Source of the DNA: Corallococcus exiguus
GTDB lineage: Bacteria > Myxococcota > Myxococcia > Myxococcales > Myxococcaceae
Assembly (NCBI RefSeq): GCF_017302975.1
Contig: NZ_JAFIMT010000003.1
DNA: 64,000 nucleotides
Reading direction: 5' to 3' (one strand)
The position numbers and the translations under genes are program-made. Under the pieces are notes generated by a model that did no database searches, was not told the origin of the DNA, and saw only the letters and a program-made list of their open reading frames with translations. Positions 37,554 through 48,055 of the stretch are shown piece after piece. Position 1 is the first letter of the stretch. Every line of letters begins with the position of its first letter.

Positions 37554-38567
37554 CTCCTCCGGACGTGGAAACAGCGGGCCCGTCCTGCACGTCGCGCGAA
37601 TCCCCTTCGGCCAGGAAGCAAGCCGCGGCGTGGCCTCCGCCCAGGGGATACAGCGGCGGTGACTCGCGGCGGCAGCGCTCCATCGCATGCGGGCAGCGCG
37701 GATGGAACGCGCAACCGGTCGGCGGCGACAGGGGCGAAGGCGGCTCTCCCGGCAGCAGCAGCCGCGCGCGGGGACGCTCCGGATCCGGCACCGGCACCGC
37801 GGACAGCAGCGCCTGCGTGTACGGATGGCGAGGCCCGGCGTACAGCGCCCGGGACGGCGCCACCTCCACGATGCGGCCCAGGTACATCACCGCCACGCGC
37901 GTCGACACGTACTCCACAATCTTCAGGTCGTGCGCGATGAAGACGTAGGTGAGCCCGCGCTCGCGCTGCAGGTCCACCAGCAGGTTGACGATCTGCGCCT
38001 GGATGGAGACGTCCAGCGCGCTGATGGGCTCATCCGCCACCACCAGCTCCGGACGCAACGCGATGGCACGTGCAATGCCGATGCGTTGACGCTGGCCGCC
38101 GGAGAACTCGTGCGGGTAGCGCTGGCGCGCCTCGCGGGGCAACCCCATGGCGTCGAGCAGCGCCAGCACCTCGTCGTCGCGCGCCTTGCCCTTCGCGAGG
38201 CCGTGGATGGCGAAGGGCTCCGCGAGGATGTCCCCCACCGTCATGCGCGGGTTGAGCGACGCGTACGGATCCTGGAAGACGAGCTGCATCTGGCGGCGCA
38301 GCGGCCGTAATTCGCGCTGCGACAGGCCGGTCAGCTCGCGCCCCGCCACGCGGATGGAGCCGGAGGTCGGGTCGATGAGCCGCAGCACCGCACGCCCCAG
38401 GGTGCTCTTGCCGCAGCCACTCTCCCCTACCAGGCCCAGCGTCTCCCCACGGGCGACATCGAAGGACACGCCGTCCACCGCGCGCACCGTGCCGCGCGTG
38501 CGCCCCAACAAGCCGCCCTTCACCGGGAAGTGCACCTTCAGGTCGCGCACCTGGACCAGCGGTTCGC

Positions 38568-38571
<4 letters not shown>
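37516..38571 (-). CDS. ABC transporter ATP-binding protein, peptide/nickel (OppF/DppF) type
   Basis: Walker [10 protein letters not shown], signature [14 protein letters not shown] and Walker B LVVADEP are present, with the oligopeptide-type C-terminal extension. The start is at MSEPLVQV. Confidence 0.8.
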
Positions 38572-39595
<1,024 letters not shown>

Positions 39596-39599
<4 letters not shown>

Positions 39600-40609
39600 T
39601 TCTGGGCCAGCTCCTCCAGGAACTCCGCCTCCTGGATGAGCCCCTTGCGGATGAGCAGGCGGATGAGGCTCGCGACCATGCGCGCGGGCTTCACCTTCTC
39701 CGTGTCCAGGCTGGCCTCCTCGCCGCGCGAGATGCGGTCGATGTCGTCCAGCACCGCCAGGTCCTCCTCGGAGAAGTCCGGCTTGGGCGTGAGCGCCACG
39801 GACGGCTTCACGCCCTGCGCGGCGCCACCGAAGAGCACCACCGGCACGCGCGGCTTGCTCGGATCCTCCGGCTCCGCGGGGGGCGGAGGCGGAGGCGGCG
39901 GACGGGCAGCAGCGGGAGGAGGCGGCGGACGCGGGGCCTTGGGGACCTTGGGACGGGGCGTGGAGCCCAGGATGTCCTCCAGCACCTCCGCGCCGTCGGC
40001 GGACGCGTCGCCCTCGTGCGGCGGAGGCGGCGGCAGGTCCCAGTCCAGCGTCGGCGGCGCGGGTGGGCGCGGCGGCGGAGGCGGGCGCGCGGCCGCGGGA
40101 GGGGGCGGCGGCAGGATGTCCGGCGAATCGTCCTCGTCCATGTCCATCGGTTCAGCCTCCACGATGTCCAGGGGCTCGCCCCGGCCGCGCGCGAGCGCCT
40201 GCTCCAAGTCGTCCGGCGCTACGACGAACACCTTGAGCGGTTTGCGCAGCTGGAAGCGCAGCTCGTCCACCAGCATCAGGTTGCCCGGGTCTTCCACCGC
40301 GACGTGGATCTTCTCGCTGCGGCCGTCCTGCTCCGCCGCGAAGAGGAGCACCCGGTGCTCGGTCTGGAAGTCCATGGACACCAGCGAGGACACCGCATGC
40401 GGGATGTACTCGGGGATCTCCACGAACGGCAGCTCGTGCTGCGCCGCGAGTGCCCGCGCGATGTCCCGGCCCGTGCACAGGCCCATGGACACCAGCACCT
40501 CACCCAGCTTGCGGCCCTGGCCGCGCCGTCCGGACGCGAGGGCCTGCTTCACCTGCTCGTCCGTCACCACTCCGGCCTGGACGAGGAGTTCACCAATCTT
40601 CTTGCGCAT
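39596..40609 (-). CDS. Protein with a GspE/T2SSE N-terminal (MshEN-like) domain, a Pro-rich linker and a short conserved C-terminal helix; no ATPase domain
   Basis: The N-terminus [20 protein letters not shown]...[32 protein letters not shown] matches the T2SSE_N fold. The middle is PPPPP-rich. The C-terminus [20 protein letters not shown] is shared with its neighbour. Confidence 0.65.
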
Positions 40610-40618
40610 GGCCGGGGG

Positions 40619-41368
40619 CTACCGCTTGACCTTGGCGAGGTATTCCTCGCGGGAGAAAACGCCCTTCTCGATGAGCAGCTCCACCATGGCCTTCAGCGCC
40701 GCGACCTCCTTGCGCTGGACGTCCTCCACGCTCTTGAGCAGCTCCGCGGGGCTGCCAGAGGCCGCGCGAGGCGGCTCCGGCGGGGGGGCCTGGCGAGGGG
40801 GCGGCGCGGCGGCGGGCTTGGGGGACATGGCGACGGCGGCGGCCGGGTCCAGGTCCTTGAGGTTCTTCACGACGGTGCGGCCCTGCGCGTCCACCACCTT
40901 GAAGTTGGTGTCCGCGTCCTCCAACTCCGCCGTCTCCTCGTAGAGGCGCGCGAACGCCCGCGCCACGGAGGTGCGCCCGGCCACGTTCGCCACGATGCGG
41001 CACTTGGACAGGGCCCGCAGCTCGTCCAGCACCCGGACGTTGAGCGGGTCCGACATGGCGACCACCAGCGTCTTGCCGTCGTCGCGCAGCTGCAGCGGGA
41101 CGACAGAGAAGTCGCGGGCCGTCTGCGCCGGAATCTTGGCCTTCACGTGCGGCGGCACCATCTGCACGGAGTCCAGGTTCACCGCCGGCATGCCCAGCTG
41201 CTTCGACAAGGCGCGCACGAGGATGTCCTCGGAGACGAGGTTCATCCGGACGAGGATCTCGCCCAGCTTCCCGCCCCACTTGGCCTGCTCGGCGAGCGCC
41301 GCCTTGAGCTGGCTCTCCTGCAGGACGTTCGCCTTGATCAGCAGTTCTCCAAGCTTGATCTGTGCCAT
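40619..41368 (-). CDS. Second protein with only a GspE/T2SSE N-terminal (MshEN-like) domain; paralogue of the adjacent gene
   Basis: Its domains read LGELLIKANVLQESQLKAAL...KLGEILVRMNLVSEDILVRALSKQLGMPAVNL and the C-terminus VELLIEKGVFSREEYLAKV. It has no Walker motifs. Confidence 0.65.
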   Translation of the reverse strand: MAQIKLGELLIKANVLQESQLKAALAEQAKWGGKLGEILVRMNLVSEDILVRALSKQLGMPAVNLDSVQMVPPHVKAKIPAQTARDFSVVPLQLRDDGKTLVVAMSDPLNVRVLDELRALSKCRIVANVAGRTSVARAFARLYEETAELEDADTNFKVVDAQGRTVVKNLKDLDPAAAVAMSPKPAAAPPPRQAPPPEPPRAASGSPAELLKSVEDVQRKEVAALKAMVELLIEKGVFSREEYLAKVKR

Positions 41369-41427
41369 GTCGTGCGCGCCATAGTACCCGGTTTGCGCCG
41401 GGACGCTGCCTTTCGACGCCTGGAAGC

Positions 41428-42258
41428 TCAGGAACCCGGCGCGGGGGGCGGCTGGGACACCGGCTCCCCCGAGCGGACCTGCTGGCCCCGCGCGTCGACG
41501 TCCACCACCTTCGCCCCCTGGGGCGCGCCCAGTTCGTAGAGCGTCAGGTCCGGGCGGCCGTTGAGGCGGATGTCCGTGTACTTCAGGTCCAGCTTCGTGT
41601 CCGCCGTGGCGGCGATGAGGTGCACCTTGCCCGGGAAGAACTGGTCGCCCCGCTGCTCGAAGTCCTCGAACGCCAGGTCGTAGCCCGGCACGCCCCGGAC
41701 CTCGCTCTTCACCACGCGCAGGTGCTTGGGATCCACGCGCAGTGTCTGCGTCGCGGGCCCCCGCTGGAGCTTGAGCACGTACACCCGCTCCTTCTCGTCC
41801 AGCTCCAGGGTCATGGACTCCGGCGGCAGCAGGGGGACCTGCCCCAGCATCACCGCCACCAGCTCCTCGCTCGGCAGGACGACAGGCAGGAAGCGGGACA
41901 CGTTCTCCGCGCTCGCCGGGCCCTGGAGGTACGTGTTCTCCCCTGCCTGGTAGACGCCAAAGCGTTCGCCGTCGGAGACGAGCGAGGCCACCGGGCGGTT
42001 GAAGAAGTCGTAGGTCTCCAGGTGGATGAGGGCCGGGCGGGTGATGGAGAGGTACGTGGAGAGCGTTCCGCTGCCCTGGGGCGAGTCCACGTGCAGCTTG
42101 GCGTCACCCTCCAGGTTCACCACCTTCGCCTGCCGCTCGCGCACGTGCTGGTAGAGCGTCTGGGCGTCCTCGATGCGGCCCTCCGGACCGAACTCGAGGC
42201 GTTTGGGGCAGGCCGAACAGAGGAGGACCAGGAAGATTGCGGCGGCTGCGCGGTTCAT
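41428..42258 (-). CDS. Outer-membrane-type lipoprotein (DUF4292/LolB-like fold?)
   Basis: It has a signal peptide with the lipobox LCSAC; this is the first gene of the long minus-strand cluster. Confidence 0.6.
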   Translation of the reverse strand: MNRAAAAIFLVLLCSACPKRLEFGPEGRIEDAQTLYQHVRERQAKVVNLEGDAKLHVDSPQGSGTLSTYLSITRPALIHLETYDFFNRPVASLVSDGERFGVYQAGENTYLQGPASAENVSRFLPVVLPSEELVAVMLGQVPLLPPESMTLELDEKERVYVLKLQRGPATQTLRVDPKHLRVVKSEVRGVPGYDLAFEDFEQRGDQFFPGKVHLIAATADTKLDLKYTDIRLNGRPDLTLYELGAPQGAKVVDVDARGQQVRSGEPVSQPPPAPGS

Positions 42259-42300
42259 ATGTCCTAGTGTGAGCCAGGGCCGCCTGCCCGGTCATCCATC

Positions 42301-43032
42301 ATGAGCCTGAACGATCTACTTCATTACCTTCGCCTGGGCGGCGTCACCCTCGCCCTCCTCCTGGGCGCCTCCGTGGTGGCCCTGGGCGTGGCCATCGAGC
42401 GGCTCATCGCCCTCTGGGGCGTGAGCGAGCGCTCCCGCAACCTGGGCGAAATCGTCCAGAAGCACCTCCTCCGGGGTGACATGGCCGCCGCCCGCACCGC
42501 CGCCGAGCGCTCCGACGCCGTGGCCGCCGACATCTTCCTCGCCGGGTTCGACCGCTGGGAGCGCTCCCGCTCCTCTGGTGGCAACGGCATCGAGTCCGCC
42601 GTGGAGCGCGAGCGCGCCCAGGTGGGACTCAAGCTGCGGCGCAACCTGTGGCTGCTCGCCACCATCGGTTCGACGACGCCCTTCGTGGGCCTCTTCGGCA
42701 CCGTGGCCGGCATCATGCGTTCCTTCAAGGACCTGGGCGTGGACGTGGAGGCCGGCGGCACCGGCGGCTCCGCGGCCGTGATGACGGGCATCTCCGAAGC
42801 GCTCGTCGCCACCGCCGTGGGCATCCTCGTCGCCGTGCAGGCGATGGTCTTCTACAACTACTTCCAGGCCCGGCTGTCCCGCGTGCTGGTGGAGCTGCGG
42901 CTGTTGGGCGACGAGTTCGCGGAGGTGCTCAAGGAGCGCTCGGCCGGCGGCACGCTGCCGGAAGCCACCCCGCCCCCTCGCGAAAGCACCACGCCCCCGG
43001 CGCCCCGCCCGGATCCGCAGCCCGCCTCGTAA
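42301..43032 (+). CDS. MotA/TolQ/ExbB-family proton-channel protein
   Basis: It has three TM helices and the conserved TTPFVGLFGTVAGIMRSF...EALVATAVGILVAV region. Confidence 0.85.
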   Translation: MSLNDLLHYLRLGGVTLALLLGASVVALGVAIERLIALWGVSERSRNLGEIVQKHLLRGDMAAARTAAERSDAVAADIFLAGFDRWERSRSSGGNGIESAVERERAQVGLKLRRNLWLLATIGSTTPFVGLFGTVAGIMRSFKDLGVDVEAGGTGGSAAVMTGISEALVATAVGILVAVQAMVFYNYFQARLSRVLVELRLLGDEFAEVLKERSAGGTLPEATPPPRESTTPPAPRPDPQPAS

Positions 43033-43047
43033 GGAGACACGCCCACC

Positions 43048-43503
43048 ATGGCCATGGGAAAGACGCCCGGCTCGGGCGACGACGAGGTGGAGGGCGCGGG
43101 CTTCGCGGAGATCAACATCACGCCGCTGACGGACGTGATGCTCGTGCTGCTCATCATCTTCATGGTGACCAGCTCGGTCATCACCCAGCAGGGACCGGGC
43201 GGCGGCGCGAAGGCGGGCCTCAAGGTGAACCTGCCCAAGGGCGGCGCCGCGGACGTCACCGCGCGCACCACGGACCTGTCCGTGGCGGTGCTGGCGGACG
43301 GCCGCTTCGTGCTCGCGGGCAACGTCGTCGCGGAGGCCGAGCTGAAGCAGGCCTTCGACAACGCGAAGAACCAGAACCCCGACACCGTGGTGATTGTGCA
43401 GGCGGACGAAGGCGTCCCCCACGGCACCGTGGTGCAGGTGATGGAGCTGGCGAAGAAGGCCGGCCTCGCGCAGCTGGCCATCGGCGTGCGCGAAGGCAAC
43501 TAG
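43048..43503 (+). CDS. ExbD/TolR-family protein
   Basis: It has INITPLTDVMLVLLIIFMV and a conserved TM Asp; its 151-aa length is typical. Confidence 0.85.
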   Translation: MAMGKTPGSGDDEVEGAGFAEINITPLTDVMLVLLIIFMVTSSVITQQGPGGGAKAGLKVNLPKGGAADVTARTTDLSVAVLADGRFVLAGNVVAEAELKQAFDNAKNQNPDTVVIVQADEGVPHGTVVQVMELAKKAGLAQLAIGVREGN

Positions 43504-43526
43504 GCTCAGGCTCGCACTCGCAAAGG

Positions 43527-43571
43527 AAAAGGCCCCCCGGCGCGTCACGTGCCGGAGGGCCTTCTTCATTT
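43527..43571. terminator. Bidirectional intrinsic terminator between exbD (+) and the acyl-CoA dehydrogenase gene (-)
   Basis: A stem GGCCCCCCGGC/GCCGGAGGGCC with a 9-nt loop is flanked by an A-run upstream and TTCTTCATTT downstream. Confidence 0.5.
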
Positions 43572-43590
43572 CAGGACTTCAGGTTCCGCT

Positions 43591-45435
43591 TCAGACGCCG
43601 CCGAACGCCGCGTCGGTGATGTCCATCGGGGACGTGTCCTCGGTGGCGATGAGGCGCGCGGCGTACTCCACGTTGGGCAGCACGTTGCGCGCGTACCACA
43701 GGGCGCTGAACTTCTTGCCCTCGTAGAACGCCTTGTCCGGGTGGTCGGCGGCCACGTTGGCGGCGGCCTTCTCCGCGATGACGGCCGCGTCCAGCAGCAG
43801 CCAGCCCACGGCGACCTCGGACATCATGTTGAGGAAACGGTTCGCGGACAGGGGGATGAGGGGGAAGCGGCCCTGGTCCTGCGACCAGCCGAACAGCGCC
43901 ATCGCGCTGGACATCAGGCCTTCCTGCGCGCCGGCCAGCGTCTTCACGGCCTCGCCCAGCACCGGGTGCTCGCGGTGCGCTTCCACGAAGCTGCCCACGT
44001 CACCCATGAACTGCTGGAAGTGCGCGCCGCCCGCCTGGCCCATCTTGCGGCCCACCAGGTCCATGGCCTGGATGTGGTTGGTGCCCTCGTAGACGGAGAA
44101 GATCTTCGAGTCGCGCGTGTACTGCTCCACCGGATAGTCCTGGATGTAGCCGGCGCCGCCGTACACCTGGATGGCCTGCGCGCAGAGGCGGAAGGCCTGG
44201 TCGGAGCCGTAGGACTTCACCAGCGGCGTCAGCACCTCGACCTGCCCCTTGTGGTAGGTGGCCGCGTCGTCGTCCTTGCCCGCCAGCTGCTTCGCCTTGT
44301 CCAGGTGCATGGCCAGCTTGATGACCAGCGCGCGGATGCCCTCCACGTGCGCCTTGATGTCCAGCAGCATGCGGCGGACGTCCGGGTGCTCGATGATGGA
44401 GGCGCGCGGCGCGGACGGGTCCTTCCACTTGGTGAAGTGGGAGCCCTGCTTGCGGTCCTTCGCGTAGTCGAGCGCGTTGTAGTACGCGGCCGACGCCAGG
44501 CTCACGCCCTGGATGCCCACGGCGATGCGCGCGCCGTTCATCATCTTGAACATCTGGCTCATGCCCACGTGCTCGACCGTGCCCACGAGCTCGCCCAGAC
44601 AGCCGTCGTTCTCACCGAAGTTGAGGACACAGGTGGCGGAGCCGTTGATGCCCATCTTGTGCTCGATGGACCCGACGGTGACGTCGTTGGCCTGGCCGGA
44701 GGAACCGTCCGCGTTGATGCGCAGCTTGGGGACGATGAACAGCGACAGGCCCTTGGTGCCGGCCGGCGCGCCGTCGATGCGCGCGAGCACCAGGTGGATG
44801 ATGTTCCCGGCCATGTCATGGTCGCCGCCGGAGATGAAGATCTTCGTGCCCTTGATGCTGTAGGTGCCGTCCCCGTTGCGCTTCGCGGTGGACTTGGCCG
44901 CGCCCACGTCGGAGCCGGCGTGCGGCTCCGTGAGGCACATGGTGCCGCCCCAGGTGCCGTTGAGCATGCGCTCCACGAACTGCTTCTGCTGCTCGGGCGT
45001 GCCGCACTCCGCGACAACTTCCGCCGCGCCGAAGGCCAGGCCCGGGTACATGTTGAACGCGGTGTTGGCTCCGGAGAGGATCTCCTCCACCGTCACCTGG
45101 AGCATCATCGGCGCGCCCTGGCCACCGTGGTCGGGGCTCACCGCCACCGTCTTGAAGCCCTGCTCGTAGAGCTTGTTCCAGGCGTCCTTGAAGCCCTTGG
45201 GCGTGAAGACGGAGCCGTTCTCCAACCGGCAGCCCTCGCGGTCACCCACCGAGTTGAGGGGCCCCAGCACCTCGCGCGCGAAGCGGTACGTCTCCGTGAG
45301 GACCGCCTTCGCTTCGTCCGGGCCCCAGGCGTCGTAGGGGGCCGTGCCCGCCACCTGGCCGAAGCCGAACTGCTCGAACAGCGTGAAGAAGATCTCTCGA
45401 AGGTCGGTCTTGTAGGTGTTGATGCCGGCGGACAT
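43591..45435 (-). CDS. Long-chain acyl-CoA dehydrogenase (FadE-like, about 614 aa)
   Basis: It has an acyl-CoA dehydrogenase N/M/C domain architecture plus a C-terminal extension, and the catalytic region YEGTNHIQAMDLVGRK. The start is taken at MSAGINTY. Confidence 0.85.
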   Translation of the reverse strand: MSAGINTYKTDLREIFFTLFEQFGFGQVAGTAPYDAWGPDEAKAVLTETYRFAREVLGPLNSVGDREGCRLENGSVFTPKGFKDAWNKLYEQGFKTVAVSPDHGGQGAPMMLQVTVEEILSGANTAFNMYPGLAFGAAEVVAECGTPEQQKQFVERMLNGTWGGTMCLTEPHAGSDVGAAKSTAKRNGDGTYSIKGTKIFISGGDHDMAGNIIHLVLARIDGAPAGTKGLSLFIVPKLRINADGSSGQANDVTVGSIEHKMGINGSATCVLNFGENDGCLGELVGTVEHVGMSQMFKMMNGARIAVGIQGVSLASAAYYNALDYAKDRKQGSHFTKWKDPSAPRASIIEHPDVRRMLLDIKAHVEGIRALVIKLAMHLDKAKQLAGKDDDAATYHKGQVEVLTPLVKSYGSDQAFRLCAQAIQVYGGAGYIQDYPVEQYTRDSKIFSVYEGTNHIQAMDLVGRKMGQAGGAHFQQFMGDVGSFVEAHREHPVLGEAVKTLAGAQEGLMSSAMALFGWSQDQGRFPLIPLSANRFLNMMSEVAVGWLLLDAAVIAEKAAANVAADHPDKAFYEGKKFSALWYARNVLPNVEYAARLIATEDTSPMDITDAAFGGV

Positions 45436-45633
45436 GGCCACTCCTGCGTAGGGGCTCGCTGCCTGCCTGCTTCCCGCAGGGCGGGAAAAAGTAAGGGTCA
45501 GCGGCCCATGTGACGCAGGAAGTGTGGCGTCGACTGATTTTTGAGTCAACCCAAGATGACACCCCGCGTTGACGAGCGGTCGAAGCCGCCCTTCTGGAAC
45601 GCGGGAATTCGCCTTGGAACGCCCCTGGAAAGC

Positions 45634-46338
45634 CTACTTCTTGGCCTTCTTCGCGGCCGGGAGGGACGCCGTCTTGGCGGCGGGCTTCTCCCGGGGCGCG
45701 GTCTTCTTGGACGAGGCGCCGTTGCGGGGCTCGTCCGCCTCCTCGTCATCGTCCTCGTCGTCCTCGTCCCGGTCGCGCTCCGGCGCGGCGGGCACAGGCG
45801 CGCTGGTGGCGGCCTCCGGGGTGGCGGGGGCTGGAACGACCAGGCTCTCGCGGGGCACCTCCACCACGATGGGGGACTGGCCGGAGCGCTGCCGGTTCTC
45901 GTCCTCCAGGGAGTAGAAGAGCTGGATCTGCGAGCCGCCCTTCATGACGAGCTCGCCCTTCTGGTTCTCCGCCCAGAGGTCGATTTCGACGAAGTACCGG
46001 CCGCCTGAGCCGTGGCGGTCGCTCACGCGGCCCTTGCAGACCACGGTGTCGCCCGGCCACACCATCTTGATGAAGCGGACGTTGTAGCGCCGCAGCTGGC
46101 CGCCGCGGGCCCAGTCGCTGATGAGCTGGCCCAACATGCCCATGACGAGCATGCCGGGGGCGTAGACGGACGGCATGCCCACGCTCTTGGCGTAGAGCTC
46201 GTCCACGTGCACGGGGTTGTAGTCGCCGGAGGCGCCCGCGTAGCGCGACAGCTGGACGCGGTCCACCGGGGCCTTGGCCAACGCCGGCAGCTCGTCACCG
46301 ACGCGGATGGATTCGAAGTAGAGCTTGCGCGCGGGCAT
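45634..46338 (-). CDS. MaoC-like (R)-specific enoyl-CoA hydratase with an acidic/Lys-rich C-terminal tail
   Basis: It has a hot-dog fold with the GDYNPVHVD motif. Confidence 0.8.
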   Translation of the reverse strand: MPARKLYFESIRVGDELPALAKAPVDRVQLSRYAGASGDYNPVHVDELYAKSVGMPSVYAPGMLVMGMLGQLISDWARGGQLRRYNVRFIKMVWPGDTVVCKGRVSDRHGSGGRYFVEIDLWAENQKGELVMKGGSQIQLFYSLEDENRQRSGQSPIVVEVPRESLVVPAPATPEAATSAPVPAAPERDRDEDDEDDDEEADEPRNGASSKKTAPREKPAAKTASLPAAKKAKK

Positions 46339-46787
46339 CAGGCGTTCTCCTTGGCGGCACGCACCACGAGGGTCCGGCGGGCGCGGAAGACGAGGTTTCC
46401 CTCTTCGTCCCGGCCTTCGTCCTCGATGACCGCGATGTCCATCTTGCCGGACATGCCCGGCCGCTCGAAGACGTCCGACACGCGGGTGGACACGTAGATG
46501 CGGTCCCCCGCGAAGATGGGCCGCTCGTAGTCGAAGCCCTGCTCGGCGTGCAGCAGGCTCTTGATGCCCACCCCCAACAGCTCCCGGAGGTCCGCGGCGG
46601 AATGGAACGACGCGGGGAACGTGGGCGGCGCGACGATGGTGGGGTAGCCCGAGGCCCGGGCGTACTCCTCATCGTAGTAGATGGGATTGTAGTCGCCGAT
46701 TGCCTCGGCGAAGCGCCGGATGGCGCCCTTCTCCACCTCGTTGAGCGTCGGCGGCGAGGCGCGGCCAATCGCGTTCTTGTCCAGCAT
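46338..46787 (-). CDS. MaoC-family dehydratase, N-terminal-type hot-dog protein
   Basis: It has the GDYNPIYYDEEYA motif. It is adjacent to, and forms a start/stop overlap with, the other MaoC gene, suggesting a two-subunit hydratase. Confidence 0.75.
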   Translation of the reverse strand: MLDKNAIGRASPPTLNEVEKGAIRRFAEAIGDYNPIYYDEEYARASGYPTIVAPPTFPASFHSAADLRELLGVGIKSLLHAEQGFDYERPIFAGDRIYVSTRVSDVFERPGMSGKMDIAVIEDEGRDEEGNLVFRARRTLVVRAAKENA

Positions 46788-46807
46788 TTCCCTCTCCTGA
46801 TGAGTCT

Positions 46808-47809
46808 TCAGCGTCCTGACGGAAGCTCGAGCACCGTCAGGAGCCCGGCCTCCGCGGCCGTCAAACGTGGCGCGGCATTCACCAGCGCGTTCGCGGTGGC
46901 CCGGTCGCCCGCCACTCCCCCCGGGATCTCCAGAACCAGCCTGGGGTCCGCGTCGATTTCGATGCGATCCCGTGGGTTGTCCGCCCCCACCGCGATGGTC
47001 AGCTCCAGGCGGACCCGCTCCTGCCCCTCCTCCAAACCCACCACGGACTGGAACATGCCCGCGACGCGGCCTTTCTTCACGACAAATGCGCCGCCGGTGA
47101 TCTCCTCCTCGGCGAACACGGGAGTCACTTCCTCCTCGAAGTCGTCACAATCCAGCCCCAGCCCCACCGCCGCCAGCGCCGCGGACTCCACCAGGCCCAC
47201 GTGGCCCAGCTCCTCGCGGTCCACCAGGTCGAAGAACTCCTCCTCCGTCAGGCCCGCGCCCACCTTGCGCTGCAGGGCCTCACGGCGCGTGCGCGCGTCC
47301 ACCACGCGGCTGGCCAGCACCTTGCGCACGGGGCCGCACACCTGACCGGCGGTGGCCACCAGGCGGTCCAGGACGAAGCCCGGGTTCACGCCCGTGCCCA
47401 CGATGGCGACGCCCGCCTTCTCCGCGGCGCGCTCCAGCTTCTCCGCCAGCTCCGGGTACTTGAGGTGCGGGAACGCCAGCTCCTCGCAGGTGCTGGCCAC
47501 CGGCAGGCCCAGCTTCAGCGCGTCCAGCAGCTGATCCATCACCTGGGAGAGCCGCGAGCTGGTGGCGTGCAGCACCACCACGCCCTTGCGGCGCCCCACG
47601 GCGCGCTCCAGCGAGTCCGCGACCTTGAAGCGCGGCCCGGCCAGCCCCAGCACGTCGCCCAGGGGACGCCCCACCAGGGAGGGCTGCGGGTCCACCGCTC
47701 CCATCAACTCCACTTCGGGGGACGACAGGGCGGCCCTGGCAATCTCCTGCCCGATGAACCCCAGCCCCATCACCACCACCGGCACCGGCCCATCAGGGGC
47801 TCTAGCCAT
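46808..47809 (-). CDS. DapB-like NAD(P)-dependent oxidoreductase (dihydrodipicolinate reductase family)
   Basis: It has an N-terminal Rossmann motif VVVMGLGFIGQEIA and a DapB-type fold. Confidence 0.65.
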   Translation of the reverse strand: MARAPDGPVPVVVMGLGFIGQEIARAALSSPEVELMGAVDPQPSLVGRPLGDVLGLAGPRFKVADSLERAVGRRKGVVVLHATSSRLSQVMDQLLDALKLGLPVASTCEELAFPHLKYPELAEKLERAAEKAGVAIVGTGVNPGFVLDRLVATAGQVCGPVRKVLASRVVDARTRREALQRKVGAGLTEEEFFDLVDREELGHVGLVESAALAAVGLGLDCDDFEEEVTPVFAEEEITGGAFVVKKGRVAGMFQSVVGLEEGQERVRLELTIAVGADNPRDRIEIDADPRLVLEIPGGVAGDRATANALVNAAPRLTAAEAGLLTVLELPSGR

Positions 47810-48055
47810 CGGAGATTGCTCCCGAATTCCAAGGGGTTACAGCCATTTACGTTGGGTAGGAGGCCACCATAGAACACGGCTCGACGGGCAGGCAAGCAGG
47901 ACGTGGAATCCAGCGACCACCCGTTTCGGGGAAACCTCAAGAATTCCGGTAGTTTGGCGGCACTGGAAAGCTTGGGGGGGCCTGTTTGGCCGTCTGCGGA
48001 CCGGCTATAAGAGTCTGAGAAAAACGCAGCCCACTCGCTCGGAGCGTATCAGCCC

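Noticed and set aside
47955-47975. Possible sigma-54 promoter (GGCAC...GCTTG) upstream of the REC-HD-GYP gene
   Set aside because: The GG-to-GC spacing is 9 nt rather than 10, and the -12 element is a poor match. This is too weak to call without a motif scan.
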